Shown here piece after piece: positions 44,609-53,934 of a DNA stretch of 64,000 nt; the stretch's first letter is position 1, and every line of letters begins with the position of its first letter. The position numbers and the translations under genes are program-made. The DNA is from Dehalococcoidia bacterium (lineage in GTDB: Bacteria > Chloroflexota > Dehalococcoidia > Bin125). The stretch covers positions 32,460-96,459 of the forward strand of contig JAJDYG010000009.1 of assembly GCA_022822855.1 (NCBI GenBank). The letters run 5' to 3'. The notes beneath the pieces are model-generated. The model was not told where the DNA came from and ran no database searches. It saw nothing but the letters and a program-made list of their open reading frames with translations.

Positions 44609-45459
44609 CAGGGGAATCGCGGGTACTTCGAGAAGTCGGGCTTGCGCTTCTCGAGGAACGCCGTCTTGCCCTCCTTGGCTTCCTCAGAGAGGTAATACAG
44701 CAGGGTCGAGTCGCCAGCGAACATCTGCATTCCGGACAGCCCGTCGGTGTCGGCCACGAGGGCTCGCTTGATGAAACGCAGCGCGGTCGGCGACATGCAC
44801 AGAATCTCGCGACAGCGGTTGACGACTTCCAGCTCAAGCTCGTCGACTGGGAACACCTCGCAGGCGAGCCCCATCTCGACGGCCTCGGCCCCGCTGTACT
44901 GGCGGCACTGCATCCAGATCTCGGCGGCCTTCTTGTGACCCACCAGCCGCGCCAGCAGCATCGTGCCGTATCCGGCGTCGAACGATCCAACCTTCGGTCC
45001 GGTCTGGCCGAACCAGGCGTTGTCGGCCGCGTAGGTCAGGTCGCAGACCGTGGCCAGGACATTCCCGCCGCCGATCGCGTAGCCCGAGACCATCGCAATC
45101 ACCGGCTTGGGAATCGATCGCATGTAGCGGTGCAGATCAAGCACATTGAGTCGCGGCACGCCGTCGTCGCCCACATAGCCACCGTCGCCGCGGATCCGCT
45201 GGTCGCCGCCCGAGCAGAACGCCTCCTTGCCCTCGCCGGTCAGAATGATCACACCGACCGACATGTCCTCGTGTGCGCGTTTGAAGGCGTCCAGCAGCTC
45301 GAACAGGGTCTTGGGACGGAAGGCGTTGCGCACCTCGGGCCGGGCGATCGTGATCTTGGCGATGCCCTCGGCGACGTCGTAGTAGATGTCGCCGTAATCG
45401 CCCGACCGCTCCCAATCCGGGAGACCGGTGCGTTCGACGGTGACGGTTGGACGGGACAT
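44608..45459 (-). CDS. menB: 1,4-dihydroxy-2-naphthoyl-CoA synthase (crotonase family)
   Basis: Crotonase-fold signature plus MenB-specific C-terminal pattern ([13 protein letters not shown]..., [13 protein letters not shown]). Confidence 0.85.
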   Translation of the reverse strand: MSRPTVTVERTGLPDWERSGDYGDIYYDVAEGIAKITIARPEVRNAFRPKTLFELLDAFKRAHEDMSVGVIILTGEGKEAFCSGGDQRIRGDGGYVGDDGVPRLNVLDLHRYMRSIPKPVIAMVSGYAIGGGNVLATVCDLTYAADNAWFGQTGPKVGSFDAGYGTMLLARLVGHKKAAEIWMQCRQYSGAEAVEMGLACEVFPVDELELEVVNRCREILCMSPTALRFIKRALVADTDGLSGMQMFAGDSTLLYYLSEEAKEGKTAFLEKRKPDFSKYPRFP

Positions 45460-45465
45460 AACTCG

Positions 45466-46119
45466 TTACTCCTTCGATGGGTGTGAATTCGAATTGGATT
45501 GGAGCGGAACGCCGGCGCTGCGCAACAGCAATCGCCGAAGTTCGGGATAGATGCGGTCAATCGGCATCGCGACGCGGCCGGCGGCCCAGGCCGACAGAGT
45601 CGACTGAACCATGCCGACCCAGGCGCGCGCCGTGAGGTCGGGATCGAGCGGCGCGTCGAGCTGACTCAGACGGCCGCCGTCGAGCGCGCTTCGGAGCTCC
45701 AGCGAGATCAGGGCGACGAACTCGTCCTCGATCTCGGCCACCCGCTCGCGCGCCGCCGCCGATCCGCCCAGCGTCTCGCTGGCCAGGACGCGGGCCAGCG
45801 AGCGGTGCGCGGAAAGCGTCTCAATCAGCGTCGCCAGCGCGGCGTCAGCTCGCGCCACCGGGTCGGAGCCGGCGGCGCTCATCGCATTATCGACCCGCCG
45901 TCGGAGAACATCCCCTGCGCGTCCGATCACCGCCGCGATCAGCGCCTCCTTGGTCGGGAAGTGAAAGTACAGCCCGCCCTTGGACGTGTCGGCAGCGGCC
46001 GCGATCTCGTCCATCTGCGCGTCGGAGTATCCCCGACGGGCGAAGACGCGAGCAGCAGCGTCGAGCAGCAACTCGCGCCGCTCGACCGCGCGGGCCTGAC
46101 GTGGCTGTGTCGTGGTCAT
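45466..46119 (-). CDS. TetR/AcrR family transcriptional regulator
   Basis: N-terminal HTH (AAARVFARRGYSDAQMDEIAAAADTSKGGLYFHFPTKEAL). Start set at the internal Met MTTTQ. Confidence 0.75.
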   Translation of the reverse strand: MTTTQPRQARAVERRELLLDAAARVFARRGYSDAQMDEIAAAADTSKGGLYFHFPTKEALIAAVIGRAGDVLRRRVDNAMSAAGSDPVARADAALATLIETLSAHRSLARVLASETLGGSAAARERVAEIEDEFVALISLELRSALDGGRLSQLDAPLDPDLTARAWVGMVQSTLSAWAAGRVAMPIDRIYPELRRLLLRSAGVPLQSNSNSHPSKE

Positions 46120-46124
46120 CCGCT

Positions 46125-46145
46125 GCTCCAGGACAAAACAAATCC
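46125..46145. promoter_or_regulatory. Candidate TetR operator palindrome CCGAC-N6-GTCGG in divergent TetR/menG promoter region
   Basis: Sequence ccgacgcaccggtcgg lies between the divergent starts at 46119 and 46178. Confidence 0.3.
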
Positions 46146-46177
46146 GACGCACCGGTCGGTTTCTGTACTGTATCAGC

Positions 46178-46879
46178 ATGGATCGTCGGACCGCCGCTCA
46201 ACAGCGCACACGCACCATCGAGGAGATGTTCAGCCGTCTGGTCCCCCACTACGACCGCATGAACCGCCTGATGACCGGCGGTCGAGATGGTCGCTGGCGG
46301 ACCCTGGCCGTAGAGACGTCGCAGCCGCAAGATGCAGTCGTGCTCGATCTTGGCGCGGGCACCGGCGACCTCAGCGCAGAGTTCCGTCGCCAGGGCGCTG
46401 GTCACGTACTCGGCTTCGATGTCTCGGCCTCGATGCTCGCGCGGGCCGACGAGAAGTTCGGGCGCGACGGCATCGACTGGCTGCAGGGCGACGCGCTGCA
46501 CCTGCCCTTCCCCCACGAGTCGTTCGATGTGGTCGCCTCCGCCTTCGTCATGCGCAACCTGCCCGACCTGGCCGGCTCCTTCGAGGAGATGGCCCGAGTC
46601 CTCAAGCCGGGCGGCCGCCTGGTCGGCCTCGACATCACACACCCGCCGGACACGCCCTGGGGCCGAGTGCTGCGCGTCGGCTTCGAACAGGGCGTCACCA
46701 GGGTGGCGGGTCTGCTCTCAGGCGACCGCTCCGCCTATCGCTATCTGCCCAACTCGCTCAGCGGCTACCCGACCGCGGACGAGTTGTCGCGAATGCTTGA
46801 GTCAGCTGGCCTGGTCGATGTGTCATACCGCCGCCTGTCAATGGGCGCGGTCGCGCTGCACCTGGGTCGGAAGAGCTAG
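46178..46879 (+). CDS. ubiE: Demethylmenaquinone methyltransferase / ubiquinone-menaquinone C-methyltransferase
   Basis: EMFSRLVPHYDRMNRLMTGG signature of UbiE/MenG and an LDLGAGTGD SAM motif. Sits in the men cluster. Confidence 0.8.
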   Translation: MDRRTAAQQRTRTIEEMFSRLVPHYDRMNRLMTGGRDGRWRTLAVETSQPQDAVVLDLGAGTGDLSAEFRRQGAGHVLGFDVSASMLARADEKFGRDGIDWLQGDALHLPFPHESFDVVASAFVMRNLPDLAGSFEEMARVLKPGGRLVGLDITHPPDTPWGRVLRVGFEQGVTRVAGLLSGDRSAYRYLPNSLSGYPTADELSRMLESAGLVDVSYRRLSMGAVALHLGRKS

Positions 46880-47502
46880 CGCTGAGCGTCCAACGCGACC
46901 ATCGCCCGTCCGCTGCCCTTGACCAGCCGACCGCCCCAGGTCGTCGGCGGGGCTTGATCGACGCTCAGCCACTCGGAGCGGGTGATGCGAAAGCCGGCCG
47001 CCTCCAGTGGATCACGTAGCGACTTCCGAACCTTCTCAGGTGTCGGCCGATCGAACCCCTCGGGCACTGCCTCGGCGTTGAGCACGATGCTGAGTCTGGC
47101 TCTCGGCGCGGCCAAGTCGTTGAGGATGTCGCCGATCAGCGCGTCGCCGCCGAGGATCAACCTCAGCAACGCAGCCCAGGGGAAGTAGATCGTGATCCAG
47201 TCGCCTGTGCCTTGCAGCTCGGCCGGGAGCGATTCGACGCTCGCCGCGACGTACAGTGCGTTGGGCGCGCCGCCGCGAGCCGGTTTGCGGTCGGCGAGCT
47301 TCGCGGCTTCGCCGAGTGCATCCCGGTCAGGATCAACCCCAATGGCGAGAACGTTGCTGTACTCCCGGGCGAAGCGCCGCGGCCAGGCTCCGTCACCCGT
47401 GCCCAGATCGACCAGAGTCGACGCGTATCCCGTACGCAGTTCGTAGAACTCGCTCTGGTCCATGTTGCGTGGACCGCGACGGCTGATGATTTCCAGTGAC
47501 AT
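46876..47502 (-). CDS. Class I SAM-dependent methyltransferase; possible 16S rRNA (adenine1408-N1) methyltransferase (KamB/NpmA-like)
   Basis: The GTGDG motif I, KPARGGAPNALY and FPWAALLRLILG segments recall aminoglycoside-resistance 16S m1A1408 MTases. This rests on motif similarity recalled from memory. Confidence 0.45.
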   Translation of the reverse strand: MSLEIISRRGPRNMDQSEFYELRTGYASTLVDLGTGDGAWPRRFAREYSNVLAIGVDPDRDALGEAAKLADRKPARGGAPNALYVAASVESLPAELQGTGDWITIYFPWAALLRLILGGDALIGDILNDLAAPRARLSIVLNAEAVPEGFDRPTPEKVRKSLRDPLEAAGFRITRSEWLSVDQAPPTTWGGRLVKGSGRAMVALDAQR

Positions 47503-47603
47503 CTCAGAGCCCAGAGTAGACTTGCGGCGGTACGTCCTCAGTCGCACCGCGACAGTTCCCCCTGTTGAGAGGGGGGCTGCAGTTGCTGGAAAGGAACTCT
47601 CCA

Positions 47604-48710
47604 ATGCCGACTCCCGCGCGCGTGATTTTTCTCCCCGAAGCCGACGAGCCGCTGGCTATCGAACGCGTCGACCTCCCCGACCCAACAGACTTCCAGGTCG
47701 TGGTGCGACAGTTCGCGTCGGGCATTTGCCACTCGCAGTTGCACCAGATGCACAACCCGCGCAACGGCGACCAGATCCTGGGGCACGAAGCGACAGGCGA
47801 AGTGATCAAGATCGGCTCTCAGGTCACGAACGTTCAGGTCGGCGACATCGTCTTCGTCACCTGGGTGCCGCGTAGCCCCGACACGGCGAAGCGCGAAGTC
47901 GACGCAATCGTGGTTGAGCGGCCCAACGGCCGCACCGCGACCACCCGCAACGTGTTCACCTGGGCCGACACGACGATCGCAGACGAGAAGTACATTGTCA
48001 AGGTCCCGCAGGACACACGTCGCGATGTGACCTCGATCATCGGCTGCGCCGTGCTCACCGGCTCGGGCGCGGTCTACAACACCGCCGCGGTGCGCGAGGG
48101 CGACAGCGTCGTGATCTTCGGTGTCGGCGGCGTGGGGCTATCCGCCGTCGTAGCCGCCTCGGTCGTCAAGGCGGACCCGATCATCGCGGTGGATCTGGAC
48201 GACGAAAAACTGGAGTTCGCCAAGCGGTTCGGCGCGACCCACGGCGTGAACGCCTCTGGCGGCGATGCCATCGAACAGATTCACGCGCTGACCCAGGGCG
48301 ACGGCATGACCAGCTTTGGCGAGCCCATCTCGGGTGCCGACTTCGCCTTCGACTGCATCGGTCGCGAGGTGACGATGGGCCAGATTTTGCGGGCCGTACG
48401 TCCCGGCATCCTGGGCGCCGAGACCGGTGGCACGGCAGTGTTGGTCGGCGTCCCGCAGTCGGGCGTGACCTTCAGCGAGGTCGATATGCGCGGCATGTTG
48501 ATCAACGAAAAGAAGTACATCGGCTCTATCGGCGGCAGCTGTCATCCCGACCGAGACTTCCCGATGTTCCTCGCCTGGGCCGAGGACGGCGCCCTCGACC
48601 TCGACGCGATGGTCACCGAACGCTTCAAGATCGGTCAGATCAACGAGGCAACCGCCGCGCTCGAGCAGGGCGAAATCTTCGGTCGCGCAATCATGGAGTT
48701 TGACGACTAG
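47604..48710 (+). CDS. Zinc-dependent alcohol dehydrogenase (MDR family)
   Basis: GICHSQLH and GHEATGEV motifs, and a GVGGVG Rossmann segment. Confidence 0.8.
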   Translation: MPTPARVIFLPEADEPLAIERVDLPDPTDFQVVVRQFASGICHSQLHQMHNPRNGDQILGHEATGEVIKIGSQVTNVQVGDIVFVTWVPRSPDTAKREVDAIVVERPNGRTATTRNVFTWADTTIADEKYIVKVPQDTRRDVTSIIGCAVLTGSGAVYNTAAVREGDSVVIFGVGGVGLSAVVAASVVKADPIIAVDLDDEKLEFAKRFGATHGVNASGGDAIEQIHALTQGDGMTSFGEPISGADFAFDCIGREVTMGQILRAVRPGILGAETGGTAVLVGVPQSGVTFSEVDMRGMLINEKKYIGSIGGSCHPDRDFPMFLAWAEDGALDLDAMVTERFKIGQINEATAALEQGEIFGRAIMEFDD

Positions 48711-48712
48711 GG

Positions 48713-49933
48713 TCAGGCCAGCAGCAGCGGGATCTCCATCTCCTCCGAGCGCATGCCGGCGTGGTAACCGTTCAGCGCGGAGACCCGATTACCCGCCTCG
48801 CCGTAGACCAGCACATTTCTCGTCGCAGACACGGCGATGTGGCTGCCGATGCGCTCTGCTGCCACGCTGCTCAGCGGCTTTGGGCCGAAGAGTTGCAACT
48901 CCTCAGACTCCGCCAATGTCAGCAGCGCCCAATGGCGGCCCCAACGCTCGCGGAACTGCCCCGCGAAAGCGTCTTCACGACCGGCGCGTACGCAGAACAT
49001 TGGTACTCGAGGCTCGCCATGCGGCGGCGTGTGCAACTCGTCGATAATCTCGTCGTCGGGCAGGAACAGGCCCTTCTCCGCAGCCGTGACTTTGAGCTCG
49101 CCATGGTCGGCGCTGATCGCGATTCGAGCGCGACCGTCGACCTTTTCTGCGATGATCGTCAGGGCTTCGTCCACAGCTTGCAGCGCGCGAAGCGTAGCGG
49201 GCGCGTCGGGCCCATCACGGTGTGCGGCGGTATCGACCATCGGCAGGTAGAGGTAGTGGATGCCGGTCTCTTCCTGATCGACCAATCGCGTGACGACTGT
49301 GTCGGCGGCGTCACGCAGGTGATCGAACGGGTCGGTCTGGGCCTCACCGCGCTGGTAGTTGGTGAACTCACTGTTGGAGATGTTGCGCGGGTGATAGGTG
49401 CGAAGCCGACCGCTGATCGTGGCCATACGCGACGGATGGACGAAGGCGTCCTCAGGTTGAACGCCGAACTCCTGCAGGCGGCGCTCTGAGTCTCGTTCGA
49501 CGAACGGCAGGATCGTGGCCGTGATGTCGTGGCGATGGAGGTGCGTGTACCAGGCGGGGACTCCGTGTTGAGCGGGCCACGCGCCAGTGGCGAGCGTCGT
49601 CAACGCAGCGGCGGTGGTCGAGGGAAAGACTGAGCGAAGCTGAATTCCCTCAGCGCCCGCCAGCAGCCCTCCCGGCTTCGCGAGTTCGTCAAAGACGCAG
49701 CCGAGACCGTCGACCAGAACGAAGAGCAAAGGTCGCTCACGACCGATTCGCTCTGCGAGTTCAGCGGCTCTGGTGTCCTCATCGGAGAGCGGAGCGCCGC
49801 CGATCGAGGCGATCGCTCGAGCAAGATCCACCGTCGATGGCGGTGCGTCGCCCTCGAACGGGTGAAGTAAGTCGCCCTCGCGGAACCAGCCCTCTACACG
49901 TTCGACATCGGCGGATGCCACGGCAGTGCCCAA
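48713..49933 (-). CDS. Alkaline phosphatase superfamily protein (nucleotide pyrophosphatase/phosphodiesterase-like)
   Basis: LVDGLG, FPSTTAAALTTLATGAWPAQHG and SADHGE motifs of type I phosphodiesterase/NPP. Confidence 0.7.
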   Translation of the reverse strand: MGTAVASADVERVEGWFREGDLLHPFEGDAPPSTVDLARAIASIGGAPLSDEDTRAAELAERIGRERPLLFVLVDGLGCVFDELAKPGGLLAGAEGIQLRSVFPSTTAAALTTLATGAWPAQHGVPAWYTHLHRHDITATILPFVERDSERRLQEFGVQPEDAFVHPSRMATISGRLRTYHPRNISNSEFTNYQRGEAQTDPFDHLRDAADTVVTRLVDQEETGIHYLYLPMVDTAAHRDGPDAPATLRALQAVDEALTIIAEKVDGRARIAISADHGELKVTAAEKGLFLPDDEIIDELHTPPHGEPRVPMFCVRAGREDAFAGQFRERWGRHWALLTLAESEELQLFGPKPLSSVAAERIGSHIAVSATRNVLVYGEAGNRVSALNGYHAGMRSEEMEIPLLLA

Positions 49934-49971
49934 CTAGGCCGCCGCGCATTGAGTCGACGGCTTGGCGGCGG

Positions 49972-50829
49972 CTAGATCTGAGAGTAGCCCGAACCCGGCG
50001 ACGTGACACCGGTGCCCGCCGGCTCCTTGCCATCCATGTCCCAGCCGAATTCCTTGAGGATTTCCTGGGAGTAGGTGACGCGGCCGGAGACCTTGTCCAG
50101 CGGTTCGGTCGCCAGCAGCAGCGCCGCCTGCGCCATGATCTCCACTGACTCGCTGTCGTTCGGGTCACGGCCTTCCATCAGCCGATGGTGGACGACGCCC
50201 GGCGTTGGCACGATCTGCGAGGGGCTGTAGCAGGTCACCGAAATGCCGTACTGGTGAACCTCGGAGGCCAGACCCTGCGTGAAGCGCTCCAGCGCGGCCT
50301 TCTCTGCGCCGTACAGCGTGCCGCCGCCACCGTCACCCTCGTATGGGCCTCGGCCCGGGCCGATGGCCGCTGCCGAGGAGACGTTGACGATCGCGCCCGC
50401 GCCGCGCTCGATCATGCCGCCCTCGTTGAGGCAGAGCTGGCTCATGTAGAACGGTCCGTGGAAGTTCACGGCCGTCGAGCGCAGCCAACGGCGGACAGGG
50501 AAGTCCTTGACCGGGATGAAGTAAGTCAGCGCCGCGTTGTTCACAAGCACATCGGGCTGTCCGTAGGTGTCGATGCAGGCTTGCACGATTCCCGCGCACT
50601 CCTCGTACTCGGAGACGTTCCCGGCAACCGCTGTCGCCTCGCCCCCAGCGTCGCGGATGTTCTTGATGGTCATTTCCAGCGAACCGGGCAGTGGGTGTGT
50701 GCCCTCCTGCACCGTACGCGCGGTCGCGACCACCTTCGCGCCCTCAGCCGCGAAACACTCGGCGATCGCCGCGCCGATGCCGCGGCTCGCGCCCGTCACG
50801 ATGGCAACCTTGCCGTCCATCTTGCCCAT
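49972..50829 (-). CDS. SDR family oxidoreductase
   Basis: TGASRGIG and NNAA motifs, and YGAEKAA (YxxxK). Confidence 0.8.
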   Translation of the reverse strand: MGKMDGKVAIVTGASRGIGAAIAECFAAEGAKVVATARTVQEGTHPLPGSLEMTIKNIRDAGGEATAVAGNVSEYEECAGIVQACIDTYGQPDVLVNNAALTYFIPVKDFPVRRWLRSTAVNFHGPFYMSQLCLNEGGMIERGAGAIVNVSSAAAIGPGRGPYEGDGGGGTLYGAEKAALERFTQGLASEVHQYGISVTCYSPSQIVPTPGVVHHRLMEGRDPNDSESVEIMAQAALLLATEPLDKVSGRVTYSQEILKEFGWDMDGKEPAGTGVTSPGSGYSQI

Positions 50830-50934
50830 GAGGTTCTCCAGTCATGTGGTTGGGGTGCTGCTATGGGTATCGAGAGCATCATAGCGAAGCATTTCACAAG
50901 CGAGACCAGATGACTCCCGCGATAGCCTCTGCGC

Positions 50935-52170
50935 ATGGAACGAGTTGTGATCGTCGGCGCTTCACTGGCAGGTCTCAACGCCGCTGAAGCGTTGCGAGAC
51001 GAAGGATTCCAGGGTCAGATCACGCTGATCGGGAACGAGCCGGAGATCCCTTACGACCGGCCGCCGCTGTCCAAGCAACTGCTGACCGGCGAATGGGACG
51101 TCGATCGGCTGCCGCTGCGCTCCGCCGAAGATCTCGACGCGCTGAAGTTGGAGTTCCTTCGCGGCAGAACTGCGGTCCGGTTGGACCCCCAGGCGTCCAC
51201 GGTGGAACTCGATGATCACTCGCTGGTCGAGTACGACGGAATGATCATCGCAACCGGCGCGCGAGCGCTCACGCTGCCGTTCAGCCACGAGCTGAGCGGA
51301 GTGCACACCCTTCGAACGCAGCAGGACGCTCTGCGGATTCGTGAGGACCTGGATTCAGCCACGAGGGTCGCGGTGATCGGCGCCGGATTCATCGGTGCGG
51401 AGGTGGCCTCCTCCGCGAGAGCGCGTGGACTCGACGTCACGATGGTCGAAGCGCTGTCCGCGCCGATGCTTGGCCCGTTGGGGGCAGACCTCGCCGCGTG
51501 GGCAACAGGGCTTCACGAGCAAGCAGGCGTTCAAATGCGATTCAACGCCAGGGTCTCAAGGCTGATCGGCGAGTCTCGCGTCGAAGCGGTCGAGTTGCAG
51601 GACGGCACACGTCTCGAGGCCGACACGGTGGTTGTCGGAATCGGCGTTCGGCCGAATGTCCAGTGGCTGGAGGATTCGGGTCTGACGATCGGTGATGGCG
51701 TGATCTGCGATCAGTTCTGTCGGGCAGCGCCGATGATCTATGCGGCCGGTGATATCGCGCGCTGGCCCAACGAGCTGTTCATGCACTTTCGCTACGGCGA
51801 ACCCCAGCGCACGATGCGGATTGAGCACTGGACCAACGCAATCGAGCAGGGAATGGCGGCAGCCCGAAATCTCATGTTGGAGAGTCGAGGCGAGCGGATG
51901 GAGGCATTCACTCCGGTGCCGTACTTCTGGTCCGACCAGCACGGCCTGAGCATCATGGCCTCCGGCATCACCGCGCCGCGCGATGAGTTCCGGCTGGTGC
52001 ATGGCTCGCTCGAGTCGAACCGGTTCGCCGCGATCTACGGTCTCCGCGGATACCTGACCGGCGTGGTCGCCGTCGGCTGGCCGAGAATGCTGCGTCGCTA
52101 TCAGGGCTTGATTCGCAAGCAGGTGAGCTGGGATGAGGCCCTGGAGACCGCTCGAGAGATCGAGGGATAG
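50935..52170 (+). CDS. FAD-dependent NAD(P)H oxidoreductase (ferredoxin/rubredoxin reductase family)
   Basis: Two dinucleotide-binding motifs (VVIVGASLAGLNAA; VAVIGAGFIGAEVA). Confidence 0.8.
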   Translation: MERVVIVGASLAGLNAAEALRDEGFQGQITLIGNEPEIPYDRPPLSKQLLTGEWDVDRLPLRSAEDLDALKLEFLRGRTAVRLDPQASTVELDDHSLVEYDGMIIATGARALTLPFSHELSGVHTLRTQQDALRIREDLDSATRVAVIGAGFIGAEVASSARARGLDVTMVEALSAPMLGPLGADLAAWATGLHEQAGVQMRFNARVSRLIGESRVEAVELQDGTRLEADTVVVGIGVRPNVQWLEDSGLTIGDGVICDQFCRAAPMIYAAGDIARWPNELFMHFRYGEPQRTMRIEHWTNAIEQGMAAARNLMLESRGERMEAFTPVPYFWSDQHGLSIMASGITAPRDEFRLVHGSLESNRFAAIYGLRGYLTGVVAVGWPRMLRRYQGLIRKQVSWDEALETAREIEG

Positions 52171-52171
52171 C

Positions 52172-53362
52172 TCAGGATCCGTCCTGCCACGCAGCGGTCC
52201 GCCGTCCTCGGCGCTCCGCGAATCCGGCGGCGACATCGACCAGCGCTTTCGCCGGACCCAACCGGCTCTGGAACGATGTGTAGGTCGACTCTCCCCGGAC
52301 GATCCGGCAGAACGCGGTCCAGAAACGGTCGGAGCGGCGCAGCAACTGCACATACGGCCACGGGCTTTGGTGGAACAGGGCCTGGAGTTGTCGTGCGACC
52401 CTCAACTCGGGTTCAATCTCCGCCTCAATGGCCGATTGGTATGAAGAGAAATCGGTCGACTCGCCGGCAATGAGATCACGGGCAGCATCGGCAGCAAGCT
52501 GCCCGCTGCGGATTGCGTTGCCAATGCCCTCACCGGACAACGGATCGACCAAGCCTGCTGCGTCCCCGACGAATGCGGTTTGTCCTGAAACCAGCGCGCT
52601 ATCCGGATCTCTAAGCGGCAAGTGGTGCCCGCGAAGTTCGGTCAGCGAGCCGCCATCGAACGATTCGCAGCCCGCGTACTTCGATAGCTCGTCACGGAGT
52701 GTCGGCGCTACCGCCGGGAAGCCGCCGAGTCCGACGTTGCAGTGGTCGCCCTTGGGAAAGACCCAGCCGTAACCACCGGGCATCGAACCAAGTTCCAGTC
52801 CGACGGCGTCGCTCCATCGTTCGCCAGCCGTTTGCCGCGAGCGATCGGCATTGCCTTCCAGAGCCACCGCCCCACGGAGCCTCGGGAGTCCGAGCGCGCG
52901 CCGCACGATTCCGTTGGCGCCGTCCGCGGCAATGACCGCGTCGGCACGGTGATTGTCACCGTTCGCGAGCGAGAGTGAAGTCCCCTCAATGCCCCGAACA
53001 GGCGAACCGTCTCGGAACTCCGCGCCGACCTCGACTGCCCGCTCGACCATGAACGCGTCCAGACGCGAGCGCTGCGTCATGATCGCCAGGGGTTCGTGAT
53101 AATGGTGTTCGAACTCCCAGGAGCGCTTGTAGCGCACGCGAAACGAGGCGATGGTCTGCTCGGTCACCGCGTCGAGTGAGTATGGCAGCAGGTTGACCGC
53201 CGAGATCAGAACGCCGCCGCCGCACGGTTTGTCGCGAGGGAACTCGGCGCGGTCGACCAGCAGCACCTCGGCGCCCGCCGTGGCGAGGTCGTAAGCCGCC
53301 GTCGATCCGCCGGGTCCGGCCCCAACGACTATGACGTCCCAGCTTCTTGCCATTTGTCCCAC
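52172..53362 (-). CDS. Geranylgeranyl reductase family FAD-dependent oxidoreductase
   Basis: DVIVVGAGPGGSTAA FAD motif and DKPCGGG. Confidence 0.8.
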   Translation of the reverse strand: MGQMARSWDVIVVGAGPGGSTAAYDLATAGAEVLLVDRAEFPRDKPCGGGVLISAVNLLPYSLDAVTEQTIASFRVRYKRSWEFEHHYHEPLAIMTQRSRLDAFMVERAVEVGAEFRDGSPVRGIEGTSLSLANGDNHRADAVIAADGANGIVRRALGLPRLRGAVALEGNADRSRQTAGERWSDAVGLELGSMPGGYGWVFPKGDHCNVGLGGFPAVAPTLRDELSKYAGCESFDGGSLTELRGHHLPLRDPDSALVSGQTAFVGDAAGLVDPLSGEGIGNAIRSGQLAADAARDLIAGESTDFSSYQSAIEAEIEPELRVARQLQALFHQSPWPYVQLLRRSDRFWTAFCRIVRGESTYTSFQSRLGPAKALVDVAAGFAERRGRRTAAWQDGS

Positions 53363-53898
53363 ACCGTCTTGAGGCCGGCTGCGATCGGCGCGGCGAAACA
53401 GAAGATGATCGACTCAATCGGCTCGCCGAAGGCGATCGCCAGGAAGGGCAGAGGCGCCGCGACCAGCAGGATGCCGAGTTCGGCGATCCGGGTGATGAGG
53501 TAGGTCAGCCCGCCGACGACGAACGTCACACCGAATTGCCAGGGCAGAAACGCACCTGCCGCGCCGAGCCCGGTCGCGGCCGCCCGCCCACCATTGAAGC
53601 GCAGAAACAGCGGCCACATGTGGCCAACCATTACCAGACCGCCAGCCGCCATCCACCAGCCGAGGTCCAGGCCCCAGAATCGGGCAATCGAGACGGCCAG
53701 CAGCCCTTTGCCGATGTCCAGCACGATGATCACCGCGCCGAAGAAGTGTCCAGCTCCCATCCGCGCAGCGTTGGCCGCGCCGACGTTCCCGTCCCCGGCC
53801 TGTCGCAAGTCCTGACCCGTCCGCCAGCGGAACACCAGCCAGGAAACGGGCACGGAGCCCAGCAGGTAGGCGAGGATGAGCGTGACCGCCTCTGGCAT
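53329..53898 (-). CDS. plsY: Glycerol-3-phosphate acyltransferase
   Basis: AYLLGSVP..., GDGNVGAAN and DIGKGLLAV motifs. The 3' end overlaps the GGR start. Confidence 0.8.
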   Translation of the reverse strand: MPEAVTLILAYLLGSVPVSWLVFRWRTGQDLRQAGDGNVGAANAARMGAGHFFGAVIIVLDIGKGLLAVSIARFWGLDLGWWMAAGGLVMVGHMWPLFLRFNGGRAAATGLGAAGAFLPWQFGVTFVVGGLTYLITRIAELGILLVAAPLPFLAIAFGEPIESIIFCFAAPIAAGLKTVWDKWQEAGTS

Positions 53899-53934
53899 TG
53901 CCGATCCTTGGGCGGTGTTCCGGCCGTCCGGCGA

